DNA of 64,000 nt, from NCBI GenBank assembly GCA_963776915.1, contig CAVZPE010000004.1, forward strand, positions 513,812 through 577,811. Direction: 5' to 3'. Within the stretch, counting starts at the first letter, position 1. Every line of letters starts with the position of its first letter. The translations under genes and the position numbers were made by a program. Shown in pieces: positions 51,690-59,955 of the stretch. This DNA is from an uncultured Acidobacteriota bacterium. Its GTDB lineage: Bacteria > Acidobacteriota > Thermoanaerobaculia > UBA5066. The notes under the pieces are model-generated. The model was given only the letters and a program-made list of their open reading frames with translations. It ran no database searches and had not been told where the DNA came from.

Positions 51690-51862
51690 CTTTCGGATTT
51701 CGGATTTCGGATTTCTTAGAAGGGTGAGTGGGGCTGCGGCTCGACCGCCGGCGCGGCGGTCACTCGGCCGCCTCGATCCCTCTTCACCTTCTAAGCAATC
51801 CTCGGGTCCTCGCTTTCCCTCTTCCTCCCCTCATTCGAAGAAATTCTCCTTTCCGATATCCT
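51690..51862. repeat. Repeat copy F upstream of valS, preceded by a 7-nt tandem repeat (ATTTCGG x3-4)
   Basis: The tandem tract is CTTTCGG ATTTCGG ATTTCGG ATTTCTT. The forward core is TTAGAAGGGTGAGTGGGG, followed by a hairpin loop (GACCGCC-GGCGC-GGCGGTC). The reverse core is CCCTCTTCACCTTCTAAG, followed by a polypyrimidine run and CTCATTCGAAGAAATTCTC. Confidence 0.8.
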
Positions 51863-51871
51863 CGGCAGCCT

Positions 51872-54532
51872 GTGAAGGAGCTCGAGAAGACCTTCGACCC
51901 GTCCACCTTCGAGATGCGCTGGTACAAGGCGCAGGAGGAGGCCGGTGTCTTCCGTCCCGAGTCCGCCGGCCGGGACGCCGAGCCGTTCACGATCGTGATC
52001 CCGCCGCCGAACGTCACGGGGCGGCTGCACGTCGGTCACGCGCTCGGGCGGACGCTCGAGGACGTCCTGTGCCGCTGGCGCCGCATGCAGGGGCGCGCCG
52101 TCCTCTGGGTCCCCGGCGTCGACCACGCCGGCATCGCGACGCAGATGGTCGTCGAGCGCGACCTGAGGGAACGGACGGGCCAGTCGCGCCACGACCTCGG
52201 CCGCGACGCGTTCGTCGCGCTCTGCCGCGAGTGGGCGGACGCGCGCCGCGGAGACATCCTCGACCAGATCCGGCGGCTCGGCTGCTCGTGCGACTTCACC
52301 CGCGAGTACTACACGCTCGACGCGATCCGCTCGCGCGCCGTCCGCTTCGCGTTCACGACGCTCTACGAGCAGGGCCTCGCCTATCGCGCCGAGCGGCTCG
52401 TGAACTGGTGCCCGAGCTGCGCGACCGTCCTCTCCGACCTCGAGGTGAACCACGTCGAGACGTCCGGGCACCTGTGGTCGATCGCGTACCCCGTGGTGGG
52501 CGGCGGGGAGGTCGTCGTCGCGACGACGCGGCCCGAGACGATGCTCGGCGACACCGCGGTCGCCGTGCACCCCGACGACGAGCGCTACGCCGGCGCTCGT
52601 CGGCAAGCGCGTGACGCTTCCGCTGACGGGCCGGACCATCCCGGTGATCGCCGATTCCTTCGTGGAGAGGGAGTTCGGGACGGGGATCGTCAAGGTGACG
52701 CCCGCGCACGATCCGAACGACTTCGAGGCGGGCAGGCGCCACGGGCTCGACCTCGTGACCGTCATCGGGTTCGACGGCCGGATGACGCCGGCCGCCGGCG
52801 CCGCGTACGCGGGCCTCGAACGCGCCGAGGCGCGCAAGAAGGTCCTGCGGGACCTCGAGGCGCAGGGCCTGCGCCGGGGCGAGAAGAGCCACCTCGTGCC
52901 GCTCGCGCGCTGCCAGAGGTGCGACACGATCGTCGAGCCGCTCGTCTCGATCCAGTGGTTCGTGAAGATCGGCCCTCTCGCCGCCAAGGCGGTCGAGGCG
53001 ACGGAGAGGCGGGAGACGACCTTCACGCCCGAGCTCTGGAAGAAGACCTACGACGAGTGGATGCGGAACATCCGCGACTGGTGCATCTCGCGCCAGCTCT
53101 GGTGGGGACACGAGATCCCGGCCTGGTACTGCCCGGACGGCCACGTGAACGTCCCGAAGCCGGGCGCGGACGACCCCACGGCGTGCGCGACGTGCGGCTC
53201 GGCCGCCCTCGTGCGCGACCCGGACGTGTTCGACACGTGGTTCTCGTCGTGGCTCATGCCGCTCTCCGTGTTCGGCTGGCCCGCGAAGACGGCGGACTTC
53301 GAGCGCTTCTATCCGACGAGCGTTCTCGTGACGGGCTTCGACATCCTCTTCTTCTGGGTGGCCCGGATGATCATGGCCGGCACCTGGTTCGACGGGCGGG
53401 CGCCCTTCCGGGACGTGGTCCTGCACGGCCTCGTGCGCGACGAGAAGGGCCAGAAGATGTCGAAGACGAAGGGCAACGTCGTCGACCCGCTCGAGATGTG
53501 CGACGAGTTCGGGGCGGACGCCGTGCGGTTCACGCTCGCCGTCCTGTCCGGCACGGGCCGCGACCTCCCGTTCGGCAAGTCGCGCGTCGCGGGTTACCGC
53601 GGCTTCGCGACGAAGGTCTGGAACGCCGCGCGCTTCGCGCTGCCCCTGATCTCGGAAGGAGCGTGCGTGGACGCGCTCGAGTTCCGTTCCCTCTCCACGG
53701 TCGACCGCTGGATCCTCGCGCGGTTCTCGGACGCCGCGAGCCGCGTGGGCGCGTCCCTCGAGGCCTGCCGCTTCGACGAGGCGGCGCACGCGCTCTACCA
53801 GTTCTTCTGGTCCGAGTTCTGCGACGGCTACGTCGAGATGATCAAGCCGGTCCTCCGCGGCGCCGACGTGCCGGAGGCCGAGAAGGCGCGGACGCGCGGC
53901 GTCCTCAAGCGGGTGCTCCTCGACTCGCTCGCGCTCCTGCATCCGTTCATGCCGTTCGTGTCCTGCGAGATCCGCGAGGCGCTGAACGGGGACGGCCTCG
54001 GCCTCGCGACGGCGAAGTTCCCCGAGCCGGACCCCGACTGGAAGGACGACGCGGCGGTGAGGTGGTCGAGACTCCTGCGGGCGATCGTGACGCGAGTCCG
54101 GAACCTGCGCGCCGAGCACGGCCTCGCGCAGACCGAGGCGCTCGCGGTCGGCCTCGAGCTCCCGCAGGACCCCTTTCAGAGGGAAATGCGGCGTCACGTC
54201 CCGCTCCTGAGCCATCTCGCGCGGCTCAGCGCCGTGGAGATTTCTTCGAGGTGGAATTGGCCCGGAGCGCATCGCGACGTCGTCGCGGAGATCGGGATCG
54301 TCGTCGAATTGCCTTCGAAGAGAGATTTCTTCCGAAGACAGGGAGAAGCTGCGAGCGCGACGTGGAGCGCCTGCGCGCCGAGGCGGCGAAGATCAGAGCG
54401 CGGCTGGCCGACCAGAGCTTCCTCGCGCGCGCTCCCGCACCCGTTGTCGCGAAGACGAAGCAGCAGCTCGAAGAAATCTCCGAACGGATCGCGCGGCTCT
54501 CCGGCAACCTCGTGGGGACTCCGGACCGGTGA
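51872..54532 (+). pseudogene. valS: Valyl-tRNA synthetase, two or more frame changes (about 52590 and about 54340)
   Basis: The GTG at 51872 gives MKELEKTFDPSTFEMRWY. The sequence carries PPPNVTGRLHVGHAL (HIGH motif), TRPETMLGDTAVAVHPDD, then ORF 52611 (GTGIVKVTPAHDPNDF..KMSKTKGN, the KMSKS motif). The coiled-coil tail returns to the first frame. Confidence 0.9.
54237..54340. repeat. Inverted core pair G inside the valS C-terminal region (a further core lies at 54466-54480)
   Basis: GAGATTTCTTCGAGGTGGAATTGG lies at 54237. GAATTGCCTTCGAAGAGAGATTTCTTCCGAAGA lies at 54305. They flank native-looking codons (PGAHRDVVAEIGIVV). The second valS frame change lies at the right core. Confidence 0.6.
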
Positions 54533-55353
54533 GCGGCGGCGGCGCTCCCGTCCCGCCCGCGGCGTCCCCTCTCGGGTCGCTCGCTCCCCTCGGCGGGAGG
54601 CGCTTCGTGCGTCTCCACAATCTCATCTTCGTCCGGACGACGCCGTCCACGAACGATCTCGGGAAGATCATCGTCGAGCGCATGCTCGCCGAGAGCGAGG
54701 AGATCCGCCTCACGGTGATCGTCGCGGGCGAGCAGACCGCCGGGCGCGGGCGCGCGGGCCGGCCGTGGACGTTCGTGCCCGGCGCGCTCGCCCTCTCCGC
54801 CATCGTGCCCTGGCCGGAAGGCCCCGGGCGCGTCCGGCTCCCGATCGAGACCGGCATCCTCCTGGCGCGCGGCCTCGCGGCCGCGTTCGGGATCGAGGTC
54901 AGGGTGAAGTGGCCGAACGACCTCCTCGTCGGGCGGAAGAAGATCGGCGGCCTCCTCGTCGAGGCGCGGTCGAACGACGAGGGCGAGGGCTGGGCCGTGG
55001 TCGGCTTCGGACTGAACGTCCGCGGAACGCGAGCCGACCTCGACGCGCGCGGCCTGACGGACGCGACGTCGCTCGAGGCGTGCGGCGTCGCGCCCACGCT
55101 GCTCGAGGGCGAGGAGCCGCTCGACGCCGTGCTCACGATCCTCGACGAGGGGATCGGCGAGCCCTGCACCGACCCGCTCCCCGAGGCGTTCGCGGCCGTC
55201 TCGGCCCACGCGCCCGGCGACAGCCTCACGGTGGACGACGGCACCCGGACCCGCAAAGGGGCGTTCGCGGGCGTCTCGCCCGAGGGCTTCCTGCGCCTCG
55301 CGACCGAGAGCGGCGACGAGACGCTCGTGTCGGGGGACGTCGTCCTCTTCTGA
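54529..55353 (+). CDS. birA: Biotin--[acetyl-CoA-carboxylase] ligase (no HTH domain)
   Basis: This is an intact 274-aa ORF whose GTG start overlaps the valS stop. It carries the motifs GEQTAGRGRAGRPW and KWPNDLLVGRKKIGGLLVE. Confidence 0.85.
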   Translation: MSGGGAPVPPAASPLGSLAPLGGRRFVRLHNLIFVRTTPSTNDLGKIIVERMLAESEEIRLTVIVAGEQTAGRGRAGRPWTFVPGALALSAIVPWPEGPGRVRLPIETGILLARGLAAAFGIEVRVKWPNDLLVGRKKIGGLLVEARSNDEGEGWAVVGFGLNVRGTRADLDARGLTDATSLEACGVAPTLLEGEEPLDAVLTILDEGIGEPCTDPLPEAFAAVSAHAPGDSLTVDDGTRTRKGAFAGVSPEGFLRLATESGDETLVSGDVVLF

Positions 55354-55354
55354 C

Positions 55355-56155
55355 ATGGAGGCCCCGGAGCTCGACGAGTCCACGTACGCGACGAGAGTCG
55401 AGGACGCCTTCATCGCCGAGCGCGGCACGCCCTTCCTCCTCTCGCCGAAGGACTGGACGCTCATCCGCGGCTGGCGCGAGGGCGGGATCCCGGTGGACAC
55501 CGTGGTCCGGGCCGTGCGGGAGGCGTTCGAGAAGCGGCGCGCGCGCGGCCAGGCCGGCAAGATCTCGTCCATCGCGTACTGCGCGAACGCCGTCGAGGAG
55601 CTCTGGGAGATGGAGCGCCGGGGCCTCGTGGGCAAGGCCCACGAGGCCCCCCCGGCGGGCGCGAACGCGCCCGCGAGAGGAGAGAAGTCTCTTGCTTTGC
55701 TCTCGGATCGTCTGCGCGCGATGAGCGACGCTCTCGCGACCATGGACGGCGCTGAAGATCTTCTTAGAAGGGTGAGTGGGGCCGGGGCGGCGGGCAGCGC
55801 CGGTGCGGCTCCTCGAGCGGAGGGCGCCCCAAACACCTTCGAAGAAATCCCCCTCTTCTCGTCCCTCCGAAAGTCGCTGAGCTCCGCCGCCTCGAAGATC
55901 GAGGCGCTGCCGCGCGATCTTTCATTCGAAGAATCCGAAGAGAAGCTCTCCGTGATCGAGGCGTCGCTCGTGAAGTCGGCCCTCCGCGTCCTGCCGTCCG
56001 AGCAGCAGGCTCTCGTCGAATCCCGCGTGTCCTCCGCCCTCGGCGACGTCGCCGGCGTGTCGCCCGCGGTCGTCGAGCGGATGCGCCGGGCGCTCACGCG
56101 CCGCGAGGTGCGCCTGCTCCTCGGCCTGCCGGCCCTCACGCTCCTCCATGGCTGA
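55355..56155 (+). CDS. Hypothetical protein with a conserved N-terminal domain; the C-terminal half carries repeat H
   Basis: This is an intact 266-aa ORF. The N-terminus AFIAERGTPFLLSPKDWTLIRGWREGGIPVDTVVRAV looks like a conserved uncharacterised family that I cannot name. Confidence 0.55.
   Translation: MEAPELDESTYATRVEDAFIAERGTPFLLSPKDWTLIRGWREGGIPVDTVVRAVREAFEKRRARGQAGKISSIAYCANAVEELWEMERRGLVGKAHEAPPAGANAPARGEKSLALLSDRLRAMSDALATMDGAEDLLRRVSGAGAAGSAGAAPRAEGAPNTFEEIPLFSSLRKSLSSAASKIEALPRDLSFEESEEKLSVIEASLVKSALRVLPSEQQALVESRVSSALGDVAGVSPAVVERMRRALTRREVRLLLGLPALTLLHG
55754..55860. repeat. Palindromic repeat, copy H, in-frame inside the 55355 gene (an extra core lies at 55919-55940)
   Basis: The forward core is GAAGATCTTCTTAGAAGGGTGAGTGGGG, and its last 22 nt are identical to copy F. 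A GC loop follows. The reverse core is CACCTTCGAAGAAATCCCCCTCTTCTC. The translation is EDLLRRVSGAGAAGSAGAAPRAEGAPNTFEEIPLFS. Confidence 0.8.
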
Positions 56156-57520
56156 GGTCCGCCCGGGCGACGCCCTCGAGGCTCTCGTCGAGCGCGTCGT
56201 GCCCGGGGGCGAGGGGCTCGCGCGAACGGAGGGCGTCGTGACGCTCGTGGCGGGCGGCCTGCCGGGGGACCGCGTCCGGCTGCGGGTGGAGGACGCGTCT
56301 CCCCGCCTCATCCGGGGTCGCGCGGAGGAGATTCTCGAGGCGGGCGAGGCGCGCCGCCCGGACGCCGACGTCTGCGGCCTCGCGCGGAGCGGCGCCTGCG
56401 GCGGCTGCGACTGGCCCGCTGCGCGGCCGGAGCACCATCGCGCGCTCAAGACCGAGCTCGTCCTCGACGCGCTGCGGCGGCTCGGCGGCCTCACCGCGGC
56501 CGACCTGCCCGAGCCGCGCTGGCTGGGTTCCCCGCCGAACTACCGCCTCCGCAACCGGCTGCACCTCGACCGCGAGGGGCGCCTCGGCTTCTTCGCGCCC
56601 CGCTCGAAGGCGGTCGCGGACCTCGAGGGCTGCCAGATCGTGTCGAAGCCCTTCCTGGAGCGGCTCCCGGCGCTCCGGGACCACCTTCGCTCGATGGGGC
56701 CGATGGAAGGGGAGCTCTTGACCCTGGAGTCGCGCGACGGGAAGACCCTGCTCGGCGAGTTGCGGCTCTCGGCGGGTGACGGTCTGCAAATTTCTTCGAA
56801 GGTGAAAGAGAGAGGGAGAGGGCCGTTCGACGGGTTTCGCGTCGTCGATGCGGGTGGGCGGCTGCTCGCCTCGGACGGTCCCTCGTCGCTTTCCATCGAG
56901 GCAGGCGGCGCCTCGTTCGACGTGCCGGTGTCTTCCTTCTTTCAAGGAAATCTCTTTCTCCTCGATTCGTTCCTCGAGGAGATCCGGACGGCGCTTCGCG
57001 CCGGAAGAGAAGAGAAGATTTTCCTAGAAGGGAAGAGGGGGGAGGCGCGCGCTTGCGCGCCGTGGATCTCTATGCGGGCGTCGGGTTCATGACGCGCCCT
57101 CTCCTGGAGCTCGCGGCCGAGATGGGAGGCGGCGAGGTGACGGCCGTCGAGATCGACCCGGCGTCGTCCCATTCACTTTCAAAGAATCTTCAGGCCTGGC
57201 AGAAGGAGGGCCTGCCCCTCGCGCGCTCGATCCGAGCCTCCGCTGAATCCTTCTTCCACTCGAAGAAATCCGAATCTTCGGTCTCTCTTCTCCTCGCGGA
57301 CCCTCCGCGCGCCGGCCTGTCGCCCGAGGTGCGGAAGGGGCTCCTGCGGCTCGCGCCGCCGCGCGTCCTGATGGTGTCCTGCGACCCGCCGACGCTCGCC
57401 CGCGACCTCGCGGCGCTGAAGGAGCGCTACGCGGTGACGCGCCTGACGCTCCTCGACCTCTTCCCGCAGACCCACCACGTCGAGACGGTGGCCTTGCTCG
57501 CCGCGCGTCCGATCGGATAG
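56148..57520 (+). pseudogene. 23S rRNA (uracil-5-)-methyltransferase RlmD/RumA-like (TRAM, Fe-S Cys cluster, SAM MTase), one frame change near 57040
   Basis: ORF 56148 carries CGLARSGACGGCDW and SSFFQGN. ORF 57053 carries VDLYAGVGFM, LLADPPRAGL, MVSCDPPTLARDL and DLFPQTHHVETV. The join falls in repeat I-3 at a G6 run. Confidence 0.8.
56788..57293. repeat. Cluster I: five core copies inside the rlmD-like gene
   Basis: The five cores are AAATTTCTTCGAAGGTGAAAGAGAGAGGGAGAGGG (56788), CTTCTTTCAAGGAAATCTC (56936), GAAGAGAAGAGAAGATTTTCCTAGAAGGGAAGAGGGGGG plus the GGCGCGC-GCTT-GCGCGCC hairpin (57004-57060), CTTTCAAAGAATCTTCAG (57175) and CCACTCGAAGAAATCCGAATCTTCGGTCTCTCTTCTCC (57256). Confidence 0.7.
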
Positions 57521-57529
57521 AAGCCGCGC

Positions 57530-59955
57530 ATGAGGCGCTCGTGGTCGCCCGGGGCGGGCGCGCCCTCGCTGCCGGCCGCGTTCGCGATCGCCGCGGGCAT
57601 CGCCGCGGCCGTCTCCTTCGCGGTCCCGCCGTCCGCCGTTCGCCGGCGGCGCGCTCGCTCGTGGCGTCGCTCGCGGGAATCGCCGCGGGACGGGCGCACG
57701 GCCGCGCCGCGGCTCTCGGCGGCCTCGTCCTCGCTGCGGCCGCGGGCTTCTGGTCGGCCCGCGCGCGCTGGCTCCTCCCCGCCGGCCGGGCGGAGGCCTC
57801 GGCCCGCGCCGCGATCGCCGAGGCGCTCGCCCGCGACGCGGAGGCGGGCGGCGCGCTCGTGGAGGTCGTCGGACGCGTCGACGCGCCGTGGTCGCCGAGC
57901 GGCTCCCAGCGCCGGACCCGGCTCGACGTGGAATCGGCGGAATGCGGCGGAAAGCCCCTCGCGCTCGACGCGCCCGTCGCCCTCGTCGTCGCCGGCGAGA
58001 CCGACCCGTCGCCCATCGCCGAGGTCGGGGACCTCGTCCGCGTGAAGGGGACGCTGCGCCTGCCCGAGCAGGGCGGCCCCCGCCGGGCGCCCGTCGACCT
58101 GCCGGACCAGCCTCACCTGCTCCTCAAGAGCGGCGCCCAGATCGAGAGGATCTCCGGCCCCTCCGGCCCCTTCGCCGCCGTGCAGCGCGCCCGCGCCGCC
58201 GTCAAGCGCCGCCTGCGCGCGAACCTCGCGGGCGCGCCCGACGCGGACCGCACGGCCCTCGCCCTGCTCCTCGCGTTCGTCCTCGGCGAGACGCAGGACC
58301 TGCCGCTCGCGGCCGTCGGGGCGTTCCGCGACGGCGGCGTGGCCCACATCGTCGCGATCTCGGGCCTGCAGGTCGCGCTCGTCGCGGCGCTCCTCGGTTT
58401 TCTCGCGCGCAGGGCGGGAGTCTCGCTCCGGGCGCGCGACGCGATCGTCCTCGGCGCGGCTCTCCTTTTCGCGATCTTCGCCGGCGGCCGGCCGCCCGTC
58501 TGGCGGGCCGCGCTCATGATCGGCCTCTACCTGGCGGCGCGCCTCCTCGGACGGCCGACCTCGCCGGAGCACGTCCTCGGGTTCTCGGCGTGCGCGATCC
58601 TCCTCGCCGACCCGTCGGCCCTCTTCGACGTCGGCTTCCTCCTGACGTTCGCGGCCGTCTTCGGTCTCGCCGAATTCGGCGCGCCGGCCGTCGTCGCGCT
58701 CCGGAACCGGGGCGTGCCGGCGCCCGTCGCGGACGCGATCGGGGCGACGCTCGGGGCCGAGCTGGCGGTGCTGCCGATCCAGGCCTTCGTCTTCAACGTG
58801 GTTCCCTTCGTCGCCCTGCTCTCGAATCCGTTCATCGTGCCCCTCTCGGGCGTCTTCCTTCTCGCGGGCCTCGCGCTCCTGCCGCTTCTCCTCGTGTCGC
58901 CCGCCGTGGCCTCCTCCGCGATCGTCCCGCTGCGCCTGCTCTCGGACCTGCAGTTCGGGATCCTCGACGCGCTGGACCGGCTGCACGCCGTCCGCGTCGT
59001 CCCGACGCCGCCCTTCGCGCTCGCGGTGGCGGCGGCGGGTCTCCTCCTGGTCGCGGGCCTCGCCGCGGCCCGGCCCGTCCGCCGGGCGGCCCTCGCGGGC
59101 GGCCTTCTCGCGGTCGGGACGATCGTCGGCGCGTCCTCGGCCGCGGCGGCCGAGGGCACCGCCGTCCTCCGGTCGGTGGACGTCGGACAAGGGGACTGCT
59201 GGCTGCTCGTCACGCCGCGGGGACGCGTTCTCGTCGACGGCGGCGGCAGCCCCGACCGGGCGTACGAGTTCGGGCGGCTGCGCCTCATCCCGAAGCTCGC
59301 GGACCTCGGCGCGGTCGCGCTCGACGCCGTGATCCTCACGCACCCTCACCCGGACCATACGCGCGGCCTTCTCGCGGTCCTGTCGTCGCTGCCGGTCGGC
59401 CGCGTCGTCCTGCCGCGCGCCGCGCCGCGGAACGTGTTCCTCGACGAGTTCCTCGCCGTCGCGACGAGGCGGCGCCTCGTCCTCGAGCGGCTCGGCGCCG
59501 GGGAACGCTTCGAGGCGGCGGGCCTCGCCTTCGACGTGCTGCATCCGCCCGACGAGGCGTACGCCCGCGCCCGGGAGAACAACGGCTCGCTCGTCCTGAG
59601 GGCCCGTGTCGAGGGGCGGACCCTCCTCCTGACGGGCGACGTCGAGGCCGCGGCCGAGCGCGATCTCGTCGCGTCGCGCGCGGACCTCTCGGCCGACGTG
59701 CTGAAGGTCCCGCACCACGGGAGCCGGACGTCGACGACGCCGGAGTTCCTCGCCCGCGTGTCCCCCCGGATCGGGCTCGTCGGGGTCGGCCGGCGAAACC
59801 GGTTCGGCCATCCCGCGCCCGACGTCCTGGCGCGCCTCGCCCGCGCCGGCGTGCGCGTCTTCCGCACGGACCGGGACGGGGACGTCGCGCTGACGCTCGC
59901 GGCGGGACGCATTCTGCCGGCGTTCCCCGAGTCCGTCGCGCGGGTGCGTCCGTGA
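57530..59955 (+). pseudogene. comEC: DNA internalisation competence protein ComEC/Rec2 (with a metallo-beta-lactamase domain), one frame change near 57640
   Basis: The ATG at 57530 (ORF 57530: MRRSWSPGAGAPSLPAAFAIAAGIAAAV) joins ORF 57541. That ORF carries the competence domain and the MBL motif ILTHPHPDHTRG plus KVPHHGS. Confidence 0.85.

Noticed and set aside
51690-51717. The tandem ATTTCGG repeats as a CRISPR array or other defence array.
   Set aside because: The units are 7 nt with no spacers and only 3-4 copies. They are contiguous with the repeat-family core.
48436-52614. A 1392-aa plus-strand ORF spanning mccA, hmgL, the response regulator and valS.
   Set aside because: It is off-frame read-through. 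Only 49597 to about 50205 of it (the hmgL N-terminus) is genuine coding in that frame.
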